The position numbers and the translations under genes are program-made. The notes beneath the pieces are model-generated. The model was not told the origin of the DNA. It was given only the letters and a program-made list of their open reading frames with translations, and ran no database searches. Shown here one piece after another: positions 45,185 to 54,807 of a DNA stretch of 64,000 nt. The stretch is from Clostridiales bacterium. GTDB taxonomy: Bacteria; Bacillota; Clostridia; Christensenellales; JAISNN01. The stretch spans positions 6,411 through 70,410 of the forward strand of contig JAITOU010000045.1 in the NCBI GenBank assembly GCA_031289755.1, read 5' to 3'. The first letter of the stretch is position 1. Every line of letters starts with the position of its first letter.

Positions 45185-45889
45185 TTATTCGGACTTGGGA
45201 CGAACGCTCTTTTTTACGGTTTTTATCGCCTTTAAATCGGCCTGCACTACGGTTTTCGCGGCGGTTTTTTTCACGGCGGCAGATTTTTCCGTTGACGAAG
45301 CTTCTACGGCGGTTTCTTTAATAGCCGCAGGCTTTGCTTTCGCCGTTTTCGCGGCCGCTTCTTTAACTACCGCGGGCTTTGCTTTTGCCGCAGGCTTTGC
45401 GGCGGCTTCTTTAACGGCGGACGGCTTTTCCTTTACCGTTTTTGCGGCGGCTTTTTTTACGGCGGACGGCTTTTCCTTTGCCGAGACTTTAACGGCGGTT
45501 TTTCTTTTAAAGTCCTTTACGGGAGCTTCCGGTCTGTATTTTTCCAGATTTTTGCCGTCGCTCCAAAGCTTTTCAAGACAATAAAACAATCTCATGTCGT
45601 CAAGCAGGATATGCACTATCACGCTGCCGTAATCATACACTACCCATCTGCCGTCTCTCACCCCTTCCTTGCGGATAGGCAGCGTTCCCGACGCTTCGAG
45701 CTTGGCTTCGACATATTCGGCGAGAGCTCTGACATTCGTCATAGACGTACCGCCGACTACGACAAAATAATCGGCTAAAACCGTCAGATGCGCCACGTCG
45801 AGAATGCTGATGTCGGCGGCCTTTTTGTCGTCCAAGTGCCTGCAAATTTCGTTCTTTAATTGTTCCGGTGTAAAATTTTCATTCTTCAT
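45185..45889 (-). CDS. rsfS: Ribosome silencing factor RsfS (iojap) with a Lys/Ala/Pro-rich repeat tail
   Basis: The N-terminal ~118 aa is the RsfS core (ILDVAHLTVLADYFVVVGGTS..WVVYDYGSVIVHIL). Residues ~120-234 are KEKPSAVKKAAAKTV-type repeats. Confidence 0.85.
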   Translation of the reverse strand: MKNENFTPEQLKNEICRHLDDKKAADISILDVAHLTVLADYFVVVGGTSMTNVRALAEYVEAKLEASGTLPIRKEGVRDGRWVVYDYGSVIVHILLDDMRLFYCLEKLWSDGKNLEKYRPEAPVKDFKRKTAVKVSAKEKPSAVKKAAAKTVKEKPSAVKEAAAKPAAKAKPAVVKEAAAKTAKAKPAAIKETAVEASSTEKSAAVKKTAAKTVVQADLKAIKTVKKSVRPKSE

Positions 45890-45912
45890 TATATGTTTTT
45901 CAACTCCTTAAT

Positions 45913-47172
45913 TCAAGCCTTATCCGATTCGGCGCAATAGCGGCTATGCGCTTCTTCCGTCAAATAATATATCTTTATTCCCTTTGCTTTAAGATAGGCA
46001 TAATTGCGTTCAAGACACGCTTTAAATGCACCGTCCATATCGGTCTTAGCCTTTTCGCGGATAGCGTCTACTCCGTCGTAAGCTCTTGCGCTTTCTATCT
46101 TGTCGGCAAGATAGACGAGCTTTGCGAGCATGGTCATATCGGCTTTTGCCGTAGTATGATAGCGCACCGCGTCCAAAATCTCCGCGTCGTCTATGCCGAG
46201 AACCTTTTGTGCCGTTTCCGCGCCCGTGAATTGATGTAAAACCGACGTTCTCAGAGTATTGCACGGCGCATAGTATTCCGTATTTGACAGTCTTTTGTAG
46301 TATTCTACGTCTAACCTGCCGTTTGAAAGCTCTTTTATAAAGTCTGCGGAAATTTTTAATATATCCGTTTTCTCGTCCAAGCTCCCCGTCCGCTCAAAAA
46401 TCATCTCTTTTGACGCGTCGTGCAGCAATGCCGTCAAAAAAACCTTCGTTCCGTCCAAGCCGGCTTTCTCATTGCATTTAACGGCCGCCAAGACGGTGCG
46501 CTTGATATGGGCAAAAAGCTCTTCTCCCGAAACGCTCCTTACAAAATCCACATATTTGCCGAAGCCGCCGTACATCTCGCCGTAACGTCCCGAAAGAACT
46601 CCTTTGAGCGCACTATGCGGCAGACAGCCGCTCAAATCCCCGTCCGTTTCGCCGAGCGCGACGAGCGTCCTGACGTACGTCGAAGAAATATCCGCTTCCG
46701 TCAGCTCGGATATGTATATGCGCGCTCCGAATTTTTTTGTCAATTCGGACGCCGCTTTGTCCGTAGCATTATAATCGGGACGCCTTATGACGATAAGCGA
46801 TGCGAGAGAAAGTATCACTTCGGGCTTCTTCCATGTATCGAAGGCCTCCAAGCCGTCGCCGCCCACGATGTAAAATAATTGGCCGTCGGGATATTCCGCC
46901 GCAATGTCAGATAAAATCTCATAGGTGTAATTGTTCTTTTTTGAATTGTATTCCAGCATGGAAATTTCGATTTTCGGAATACCCGCGAGAGCGTCCTCCA
47001 ACATACTTTTTCTGACAAAAAAATTGTCGGAGTCAAGCCGCTTATGGGGCGGATTATAAGACGGAATGACAATCAGCTTGTCCAAACCGTATTCTTCGGG
47101 TATCTTTAAACATATCTGCACATGGCGGATATGAACAGGATTGAACGCTCCGCCGAAAACACCTATCCTCAT
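45913..47172 (-). CDS. nadD: Nicotinate-nucleotide adenylyltransferase NadD fused to a YqeK-type HD phosphohydrolase
   Basis: GVFGGAFNPVHIRH nucleotidyltransferase motif at the N-terminus. C-terminal half has HD-domain motifs (LLHDASKE, RYHTTA). 419 aa in one ORF. Confidence 0.85.
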   Translation of the reverse strand: MRIGVFGGAFNPVHIRHVQICLKIPEEYGLDKLIVIPSYNPPHKRLDSDNFFVRKSMLEDALAGIPKIEISMLEYNSKKNNYTYEILSDIAAEYPDGQLFYIVGGDGLEAFDTWKKPEVILSLASLIVIRRPDYNATDKAASELTKKFGARIYISELTEADISSTYVRTLVALGETDGDLSGCLPHSALKGVLSGRYGEMYGGFGKYVDFVRSVSGEELFAHIKRTVLAAVKCNEKAGLDGTKVFLTALLHDASKEMIFERTGSLDEKTDILKISADFIKELSNGRLDVEYYKRLSNTEYYAPCNTLRTSVLHQFTGAETAQKVLGIDDAEILDAVRYHTTAKADMTMLAKLVYLADKIESARAYDGVDAIREKAKTDMDGAFKACLERNYAYLKAKGIKIYYLTEEAHSRYCAESDKA

Positions 47173-47317
47173 ATAGATATTATACCAAAAAAACCGACAA
47201 AATCAACACAATTAACGGCAAAAAAACTTATTTGTTTTTGTTATAAAAATATATACGCGGTAAATAATCCGAATATCGCTAATATCAATCGCAAATAATT
47301 AGAACAGACGGAAAACT

Positions 47318-48118
47318 ATGGCAAAGCTGATAGATTTTATATCGATAAGAATAGTCCTTTTTATAGTAATCTCGCTTTTGTTGTTTTCTTCGACGGGGGG
47401 CTTTGTTCTCGCGCTGTCCGCAGCCGCCGTGATAGTCATAGCCGGTTCGGTCTTTTACGGACGTTTTGTCGCGCCGAAAATCAAAAGACAAGCTCTGAAT
47501 GCCGACAAACTGAACAAATACTTTTTAGCACGCGGCAACGAGTCGGCGGCGGAATATATCGCCGCACTTATCGATGAAAAATACAAGGCGCAAAAAATCG
47601 GCGATTTTATCCTGCTCGATACGGACACTGCGGAACGCGCCGTCATATACCCCGTCTTTAAATATTCCAAAATCTCAAAAGACGAATTTTTGAGAATGTA
47701 CCGCAACGCCGCGTCGCAAGGAACAAAAAAGATATACATCGTATCAAAGAGCTTAGACAGAGAAATACATCTCGTCGCCAACGACCTTGAAGCTGCGGTG
47801 ATATTCATCAAAATCCCCGTCTTGTATAAGTATTTAAAAAACAAGAACGCGCTTCCGACCCTTCCCGACAAGGTCAAAAAACCGCCGAAAAAGCTATCCT
47901 TTATACTCGCGGCGGAAAGTATCTTTGCGCGCAAAAACACAAAGCGGTTTCTGTTTACCGCCGCCATTCTCCTGCTCATGTCCGCAGTCACGCCCTTAAA
48001 GGCTTACTATTATACAATGTCCGCGATTGCGTTTTGTCTTGCAATTCCTTGCTTTTTTGTGTCCGATAATGTAAGTTATTCCAAAAACGGAATATTTGCG
48101 TATAAAAAGACAAAATAA
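47318..48118 (+). CDS. Hypothetical membrane protein (2 N-terminal and 2 C-terminal TM helices around a soluble domain)
   Basis: 266 aa. The central domain loosely resembles a degenerate Mrr/restriction-endonuclease-like fold (GDFILLD..VIYPVFKY..KIYIVSKS). No catalytic motif confirmed. Confidence 0.5.
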   Translation: MAKLIDFISIRIVLFIVISLLLFSSTGGFVLALSAAAVIVIAGSVFYGRFVAPKIKRQALNADKLNKYFLARGNESAAEYIAALIDEKYKAQKIGDFILLDTDTAERAVIYPVFKYSKISKDEFLRMYRNAASQGTKKIYIVSKSLDREIHLVANDLEAAVIFIKIPVLYKYLKNKNALPTLPDKVKKPPKKLSFILAAESIFARKNTKRFLFTAAILLLMSAVTPLKAYYYTMSAIAFCLAIPCFFVSDNVSYSKNGIFAYKKTK

Positions 48119-48205
48119 TGTAAATATTACTTATTGCCGCGCAAAAAATTTTGCGTTCGGCATAAAGAAAACCGCAGATTGTCGGCGGTATAATAAGGAG
48201 AAAGA

Positions 48206-48976
48206 GTGGCACACAGAGTAGAGATATGCGGAGTCAATACGGGTAATTTGCCCAAAATCAATTCCGCCGAAAGCTTGGAGCTTATCAAAAAGATACAGAA
48301 CGGCGACAACGAAGCCAGAGAATATTTTATAATATGCAATATCCGGCTCGTACTCAGCCTTGTACAGCGGTTCGGCTCAAAAAACGGCAGCGACGACTTG
48401 TTTCAGGTCGGCTGCGTCGGACTTATCAAGGCATTGAATAATTTTGACACTTCTCTGAACGTCAGATTTTCGACATACGCCGTACCGATGATTATCGGAG
48501 AAATCAGACGGTTTATTCGGGATTCTTCGGCTCTCAAAATCAGCCGCAATATGAGAGATATCGCCTACAAAGCCATGCAGGCGCGTGAAAAATTGGAGCT
48601 TAGAGGCGGCGAAGAACCGACGCTCATGGAGATAGCTTCGGAAATCGACATTCCTTTGAGCGAAATATCCTGCGCGCTCGACGCCATATGCGACCCCGTT
48701 TCTCTGTATGAATCGGTTTTTAGCGACGGCGACAGCTCGATAATGCTCATGGAACAGATAAGCGATACAAAAAACACCGACGAAAAATGGATAGAAGAAG
48801 CCGCGCTCAAAGAAGCTATGAAGAAGCTCCCCGACCGCGAACGCGAAATAATCTATCTGCGTTATTTCATCGGAAAAACTCAGATAGAAATATCCGAAGC
48901 AATAAAAATCTCGCAAGCTCAGGTCTCCCGATTGGAAAAAAACGCGCTTGCAAGAATAAGAGAAAATTTCAATTAA
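48206..48976 (+). CDS. sigG: Sporulation sigma factor SigG (sigma-70 family)
   Basis: Collinear with B. subtilis SigG as I recall it: VEICGVNTGNLP, DLFQVGCVGLIKA, FSTYAVPMIIGEIRRF, DPVSLYE, ISQAQVSRLEK. GTG start with AAGGAG. Confidence 0.85.
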   Translation: MAHRVEICGVNTGNLPKINSAESLELIKKIQNGDNEAREYFIICNIRLVLSLVQRFGSKNGSDDLFQVGCVGLIKALNNFDTSLNVRFSTYAVPMIIGEIRRFIRDSSALKISRNMRDIAYKAMQAREKLELRGGEEPTLMEIASEIDIPLSEISCALDAICDPVSLYESVFSDGDSSIMLMEQISDTKNTDEKWIEEAALKEAMKKLPDREREIIYLRYFIGKTQIEISEAIKISQAQVSRLEKNALARIRENFN

Positions 48977-48987
48977 GGCGTCATGCC

Positions 48988-49986
48988 TTAGTAAACGTCC
49001 AAGCAAAGCGTCCTTAAAGCCGGCGCGGGCAAAACCTGCGCCGGCATTTTTTTGACGTTTCGGCGGTCAAAGATAATATCGGCAAGCACGGAAGTATCTA
49101 AAACACAATCGGGAGCGGAAGCGTTTGACGCGGAGCTTTCCGAAACAGCCGTCCTTCCGTTTAAAGTTTTGACACGGTAAAGCCGCCCGTTCGTCACAGA
49201 AAAACCGTCGTCAACGCCTACCGTAAACTCTCCGTCCTTCCATTTTATCATTTTTAAAGCTTCACCGCTATTGATAACGCGTATCATTGCCGCAGGCTTA
49301 CTTAACTCCGCGCCAGTAAAACGCGCATAAAGAGCGGCATCCTTGAAGCAATATTCTTCGCTCATGCCGCCGCCGTCATGATAAATATACCCCACGGGCG
49401 CGCCGCTTTTGTCGGCGATAATTACCGCGCCGCCGCCGTCCGACGACAATTCGTCGGCTTTTTTTTGAAAATCCGCAAGCTCTCTGACAATATAAGAATC
49501 GAAGCCGAGCGTATAAGACGAATAAATATCGTAAATGATTTTAAAGTCGTCCGCACCGCTTGCGCGCTTTGCGCTCATGCCCTGCGGCAGCTTGTCGGCA
49601 AAGACCGAAAAATTCCTTTTTCTCAAATAATTATAATTTGTAAAGCCGAAAGCCGAGCTGTAATAACTATGCTTAAAGGGATATAAGGCTATAAAGGGGC
49701 TTTCCTTGTATTTCAAAAAAATCTCATTCATGACCTTGCCAAAAAATTTTTGACCGCGATATTCGGGCAGCGTCGCGGCGGCGACCAAAAAAGGCAGCGT
49801 GATATCGCCGCCGTACAGCCTTAGCTTTTTATCAAAAATATAGGCGGCGGATATTATGCGACCGTCTTGGCGGCAGCAAAAAATTTTCGCGTCTTTGATT
49901 TTTTCGGAAAAAAAATAATCGATATATTTTTCGCCGTCTTCGGGAAATCCCAAACGGTATATATTTTTAAGCTCTTCGTAATCCAT
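48988..49986 (-). CDS. GNAT family N-acetyltransferase (Eis-like, multi-domain)
   Basis: VAAATLPEYRGQKFFGKVM (motif A). 332-337 aa. Start at M6 (49986) or 50001. The 5' end overlaps the upstream gene by 20-35 nt. Confidence 0.6.
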   Translation of the reverse strand: MDYEELKNIYRLGFPEDGEKYIDYFFSEKIKDAKIFCCRQDGRIISAAYIFDKKLRLYGGDITLPFLVAAATLPEYRGQKFFGKVMNEIFLKYKESPFIALYPFKHSYYSSAFGFTNYNYLRKRNFSVFADKLPQGMSAKRASGADDFKIIYDIYSSYTLGFDSYIVRELADFQKKADELSSDGGGAVIIADKSGAPVGYIYHDGGGMSEEYCFKDAALYARFTGAELSKPAAMIRVINSGEALKMIKWKDGEFTVGVDDGFSVTNGRLYRVKTLNGRTAVSESSASNASAPDCVLDTSVLADIIFDRRNVKKMPAQVLPAPALRTLCLDVY

Positions 49987-51295
49987 ACAACAATTCCGCA
50001 AATTCGTATCCGTCCGACGGCGACGGTATTATCGGCTTACCCAATATCGTTTCAAGCTCGGCAAGGGTCATGCCGTCCAAAAAAACATCGCAGTTTTCGC
50101 GCATCATGACCTTTGGAATCAGCACATAGTCGGAGTCCGCGTCCGGCTTAAACTGAGCCGCGATATCCGTACCCGTTATCAGTCCGGCAACCGTGACGTT
50201 TTCGCCGAAAAAGTTGTTGACGATGCGCGTCACTTTTAGCCGCAAATTGTCCGCTTTGCTCTCAAAAAACTCCGCCAATTCCGTCATCGTCCGATAAAAG
50301 GAATAGCCCGTGATAAGCTCGGCTTTGACAATGTCTTTACACAAGGCACTTACCGGCGGCTCGCCGCCGTCCCCGAACGGCTCGTAAGCCTTAGCGTCGC
50401 CGACAAAGCGCGACACCGCACCGACACCGTTTTCTATCTGACAAAAATCCTCATAGTATTCTATCGGCGGCACGGGCTTTCCGGATTTTATGTACATCTC
50501 GTCGCTGCACCAGACAAACGCCGTACCCGATTCTTTTTGGGCTTTCTCTGCAAATTTTTCCGCAAAATCTATCGTTGCGCCGACGCATTGCACCGACAAG
50601 GGTTCGAGCGCGGACAAGCCTTCGCGGTATTTTGTAAGCCCTACGGGAACGACTGCTACGCTCAAAACCGACGGATACATTGCGTAGAGATTTTCCGCCG
50701 TTTCCCGCAATACTTTACCGTCGTTTACGCCTTCGACAAGGACTATTTGCGTGTGAAAGGATATTCCTGCATCCGCAAGTTCCTTTAAAATGTCAAAAAG
50801 CTTTCCGGCAAACCTGTTGCAAAGCATCTTACATCTGACAGCCTTGTCGTAGGCGTGTACCGAAACGTAAAGCGGAGAAAGTTTGAGCCTTTTGATACGC
50901 TCGATATCGGCTCTCGAAAGGTTTGTCAGGGTTATGTAGTTTCCGCTTATAACCGACAGTCTGTAATCGTCGTCTTTGACGTAGAGCGTTTCGCGCATAC
51001 CCTTCTTCATTTGGTCTACAAAGCAAAAAATACATTTATTGCGGCACACATCGGGTTCTATGCCGCCGTCGTCCAATTCGACGCCCATAGACTGCCCTTC
51101 TTTTTTGATTATGCGCTTTGTAATACTCTCGTTTTCGCGCAAAGCCGTAATACTAAACGAGTCTTTGGCGTCAAAAAAAATGTAATCCAAATAATCGGTA
51201 TATTCAAAACCGTCAAAAGCCGTTATGTCGTCGCCCTTTAAAAAACCGTATTTTTTAAGGATGCTTTCTTTTTCAAACCCGATTATCTTAGGCAT
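49967..51295 (-). CDS. DUF512-type radical-SAM-like protein (PDZ-like N-terminus)
   Basis: 442 aa. Cys cluster CRNKCIFCF. The remainder matches my recollection of DUF512 proteins. Confidence 0.7.
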   Translation of the reverse strand: MPKIIGFEKESILKKYGFLKGDDITAFDGFEYTDYLDYIFFDAKDSFSITALRENESITKRIIKKEGQSMGVELDDGGIEPDVCRNKCIFCFVDQMKKGMRETLYVKDDDYRLSVISGNYITLTNLSRADIERIKRLKLSPLYVSVHAYDKAVRCKMLCNRFAGKLFDILKELADAGISFHTQIVLVEGVNDGKVLRETAENLYAMYPSVLSVAVVPVGLTKYREGLSALEPLSVQCVGATIDFAEKFAEKAQKESGTAFVWCSDEMYIKSGKPVPPIEYYEDFCQIENGVGAVSRFVGDAKAYEPFGDGGEPPVSALCKDIVKAELITGYSFYRTMTELAEFFESKADNLRLKVTRIVNNFFGENVTVAGLITGTDIAAQFKPDADSDYVLIPKVMMRENCDVFLDGMTLAELETILGKPIIPSPSDGYEFAELLYGLRRA

Positions 51296-51298
51296 AAT

Positions 51299-51589
51299 TT
51301 ATTCCGTAACAAAATCGACGGAGTGCGACCTTTCGACGACGCTCGCGACGTATTGCTTGACCGGCAGATGAACGGGGTGCGTCTGATATTCTTTTAGCTT
51401 ATCGATATTTGCAAATTGGCAAACTAACGCTATATCGAAGCTCCTTTCCGCACCCAAAATATCCGACCCGGCTTTTACACTCAAAAGCGCGGGGATTTTG
51501 CCCTGCATAGAATAAAAATTTTCCGTCATTTTTTTTCTTATTTCGGCGGTGTTTTCCTTTAATTTGTACAATACGACATGAGTAAGCAT
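51299..51589 (-). CDS. Dabb (stress-responsive A/B barrel) family protein
   Basis: MLTHVVLYKLKE.. start, preceded by GGAGAG, and a C-terminal HPVH motif. 96 aa. Confidence 0.7.
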   Translation of the reverse strand: MLTHVVLYKLKENTAEIRKKMTENFYSMQGKIPALLSVKAGSDILGAERSFDIALVCQFANIDKLKEYQTHPVHLPVKQYVASVVERSHSVDFVTE

Positions 51590-51650
51590 ATTTACACTCT
51601 CCGTTTTAAATTTCAATTATTTTGCGTTTAAAAAATCCGTATATATTTTT

Positions 51651-52367
51651 TTAAATTTCATAATAGACTTCGGTATCGGCAAGATAAGAGCATTCGTTTT
51701 CCGACGTCGCTTCTCTCAAAATCTCGCCGTGACCGCCTTCCGGCGGCAGATGTATGAGTATGATTTTGGAACGGCTTTCGCTTGTCAGCCGCGCTATTTT
51801 TTTGACGGATATATGCGGCGCGCCTGCGGCGTCCTTTTCCAAAACGCACGCGTCGGCAAGGACGTATGAGCAGCCGCTTATGAGCTTTTTTATGTTGCCG
51901 TTCTCCGTCGTATCCGCCGTATACGCAACGACCTTACCGTCTTCTTCCGCCCTTACGGCATAGGTTTCGACGGGGTGAGTCATTGCAAAAAACGTCAGCT
52001 TCAAAGAATTGATTTGTACGGTCATGCCGTCCTTTATTATCCTTAAATCGTATGCTCCCGTATTGCGTATCACGGCAAAGACATCGGCGGGAGTTTCGGG
52101 CAAATAAACCGTTAGCTTTTTGCGGAGAGTTTTGTCGCAAGCGCATTTATAGACCAAAGGCAGTATGTCGCACATATGGTCGTAATGGAGATGAGATAAT
52201 ATTATCGCGTCGATTTTGTTTAATGCAACCTGTCCGGCGATAGCCGCCGCCGCTCCGCTCCCCGTATCGAGAATGACCGCCGCGTCCTTTCCTTCCAAAA
52301 GAAATGACGAAGTGCCGCCGTTCGGCGTTGGATATTTACCGTATTTGCAAAGAACCTTAATACGCAT
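51651..52367 (-). CDS. MBL-fold metallo-hydrolase
   Basis: HxHxDH motif (LSHLHYDH). 238 aa. Confidence 0.8.
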   Translation of the reverse strand: MRIKVLCKYGKYPTPNGGTSSFLLEGKDAAVILDTGSGAAAAIAGQVALNKIDAIILSHLHYDHMCDILPLVYKCACDKTLRKKLTVYLPETPADVFAVIRNTGAYDLRIIKDGMTVQINSLKLTFFAMTHPVETYAVRAEEDGKVVAYTADTTENGNIKKLISGCSYVLADACVLEKDAAGAPHISVKKIARLTSESRSKIILIHLPPEGGHGEILREATSENECSYLADTEVYYEI

Positions 52368-52379
52368 TGTCTTATATCC

Positions 52380-53030
52380 TTATAAACTATCTTTGTCGTC
52401 GGCTTTTTGTGCCGCGTCGGGTTTTTCCATGTCGATTTTTTCGGGTCCGGCTCTTTTGTCACGGTATGCCGTACCGCCTATTTTGCCGTTTGCTCCGATA
52501 CGGATAAGCGGTGAGAGATATCGCGATAGCAACAGTCCGAGCGGCACGGAGAAGACGGTCTGCAATAAGCCTATCAGTATGTGGGCTATTCCCCCCGCGA
52601 TGTGAAAATCGTTTAAAAACAGCTCATAGACAAAATACCCCGCCTGCATAAAAAGCGATGCCGCCCAAAAAGCCGCCGCCTGTCCTAAAACAGGCTTAGC
52701 GGAAGCAAACAACTTTTTTTTGCCGCTTTGCCTTAACAAAAGACAGACGATGAGCGCCATGAGTGCCTTGATTATAAAGGTCGCCGGAGCGTATATCGCC
52801 GCCCCCGGCACAATAAGGTCGGCTATTGCCGAGCCTATTCCGGCGGCAAAAACCGCGTACCACATAGGCAATATAAGAGCCGCCAAAAATATCAAACTGT
52901 CTCCGACATGAACATAGCCGCCGCCCGGCACTGGAATGCTCAACATGGTCATTCCGGCAATCAGCGCGGTCAGTATACCCGTGTAAGCGATTTTTAATGT
53001 TAATTCTTTATCGATACCTTTTTTTGACAC
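52380..53030 (-). CDS. ECF-transporter S-component-like membrane protein (substrate unknown)
   Basis: 216 aa, about 6 TM. The N-terminal pattern LTLKIAYTGILTALIAGMTMLSIPVPGGGYVHVGD is typical of S components. GTG start. Confidence 0.55.
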   Translation of the reverse strand: MSKKGIDKELTLKIAYTGILTALIAGMTMLSIPVPGGGYVHVGDSLIFLAALILPMWYAVFAAGIGSAIADLIVPGAAIYAPATFIIKALMALIVCLLLRQSGKKKLFASAKPVLGQAAAFWAASLFMQAGYFVYELFLNDFHIAGGIAHILIGLLQTVFSVPLGLLLSRYLSPLIRIGANGKIGGTAYRDKRAGPEKIDMEKPDAAQKADDKDSL

Positions 53031-53150
53031 AGAGATAGCCGCTCCTTAAAAAGAGAATTTATTATATGATAAATAATATTTATTTTATTGTCAACCGAAA
53101 AATATTACAAGTTTGACAATTTTGCTTCTTTATTTTAAAACTCAACGGTT

Positions 53151-53495
53151 TTATTCGGGAAAGCTCCCCGTCGCCACAAAGTCAACGCCGCTTCCGAGTA
53201 CATTTTTTACTATAACGTCTCCCGTTATTATCGGAGCGGTCAATACAAGCCCTTTCAATACGGCGAGCGCGTCAAAAATCTTATTTTTGTCTATACCGCC
53301 GTTTGTTTTGACGGGAACGACACCGTGACCGATTTTTACGAGAGAAGTGATTACGCGCTTGGGCGCGGTCATCTCGACAACCGCATATTCCGCTCCGTTC
53401 GGGCATTTATTCCCGTCTACCGAAATTCTTCCGTCTATATCTTCCACATTCATAACGCAGCCCGTCGGGCATACTATACAGGTGATTTTAGCCAT
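53151..53495 (-). CDS. DUF1667 domain protein
   Basis: 114 aa. CIVCPTGC..GNKCPNG Cys motifs, and position after the two flavoprotein genes. Confidence 0.75.
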   Translation of the reverse strand: MAKITCIVCPTGCVMNVEDIDGRISVDGNKCPNGAEYAVVEMTAPKRVITSLVKIGHGVVPVKTNGGIDKNKIFDALAVLKGLVLTAPIITGDVIVKNVLGSGVDFVATGSFPE

Positions 53496-53497
53496 TA

Positions 53498-54748
53498 TTA
53501 TTTACGCTCCCTGACAAATACTTCGGTGTCCTTGTTTAAGCCTTTGCCGTCAAGCCGTATCTTTTCCGTTTCGCCGGGCGTCAATATTCTACGGTTTTTT
53601 TTGTATATCGTTTCTCCGTCCGACAAAACGCATACCTCGCAATCCTTATATACGTCCTTTACCTTAAAATACAAATCTACGCCGCTCTTTGACGGTGTGT
53701 TGATATAGTTGGGTATGACGTATTTTATACCGTCGCCCGCGCGGATATTGATTCTATCCGCTCTTTGCGCTCTTTGAGCGTCCGTCATATCTGCGTATAA
53801 TGCCGCGCTTGCTCCGGCAATATGCCCTTCTTCGCTGACGTTATCGACGAGATTATGTACGTGCAGGACGTTGCCTGCCGCAAAGATACCGTCTACGCTC
53901 GTCATGCGCCCTTCGTCCACATACGCGCTGTTTGTGGCGGGATTTATCCTTATATCGTTGTCGGCTATAAGGTCTAATTCGGGAATAAGCCCGACCGACA
54001 ACAAAAGCGTGTCGCATTCCAAAAACCTTTCGGTTTCCTTTATCGGTTTGAGATTTTTGTCCGTTTCGGCGTAATATACGCCTTCCAAGCGGTCTTTGCC
54101 GACCACCTTGGTAATAGTACGGTTGCAAAGGAGCGGTATTCCGAAGTCGTCTAAGCATTGTACAATATTGCGTTTCAGTCCCGACGAATAAGGCATAAGC
54201 TCTAAAACAGCCAAAACCGCCGCACCCTCTAACGTCAGTCTGCGCGCCATTATCAGTCCTATATCGCCCGAACCTAATATGACGGCTCTTTTGCCGACGG
54301 CAAGTCCCTTAGTATTGATGAGTTTTTGAGCCGTTCCCGCCGTATAGATACCCGACGGACGCGTTCCCGCAAGCATGATAGACCCTGCCGTTCTCTCACG
54401 GCAGCCCATGGCGAGTATTACGGCTTTTGCCTGTATGCGGAATACCCCGTCGGATGCGTTGACCGCCGTAATGATTTTGTCGTCGGTAATAGACAAAACC
54501 GTCGTTTCGGACTTGACGGTAATGCTTGAAGCCATGACCGTATCGGCAAAGCGTTTTGCGTATTCCGGTCCCGTCAGCTCTTCGCCAAAATAATGAATGC
54601 CGAAGCCGTTGTGAATACATTGATTTAAAACGCCGCCGAGCCGCTCGTCACGCTCGAAGATTACGACGCTTTTGTTGAGCTTGACCGCCGACAAAGCCGC
54701 CGCCATTCCGGCGGGGCCGCCGCCTATTACCGCTATATCGGTATACAT
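53498..54748 (-). CDS. FAD/NAD(P)-dependent pyridine nucleotide-disulfide-type oxidoreductase
   Basis: Two dinucleotide folds (DIAVIGGGPAGMAAA; RAVILGSGDIGLIMA). Start at ATG 54748, preceded by GGGAG. Confidence 0.8.
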   Translation of the reverse strand: MYTDIAVIGGGPAGMAAALSAVKLNKSVVIFERDERLGGVLNQCIHNGFGIHYFGEELTGPEYAKRFADTVMASSITVKSETTVLSITDDKIITAVNASDGVFRIQAKAVILAMGCRERTAGSIMLAGTRPSGIYTAGTAQKLINTKGLAVGKRAVILGSGDIGLIMARRLTLEGAAVLAVLELMPYSSGLKRNIVQCLDDFGIPLLCNRTITKVVGKDRLEGVYYAETDKNLKPIKETERFLECDTLLLSVGLIPELDLIADNDIRINPATNSAYVDEGRMTSVDGIFAAGNVLHVHNLVDNVSEEGHIAGASAALYADMTDAQRAQRADRINIRAGDGIKYVIPNYINTPSKSGVDLYFKVKDVYKDCEVCVLSDGETIYKKNRRILTPGETEKIRLDGKGLNKDTEVFVRERK

Positions 54749-54807
54749 AATCATCTCCCGAATTGCGTGCCGAGCCTTATAAACGGCGGCGCGCAATTAT
54801 TTATCTA

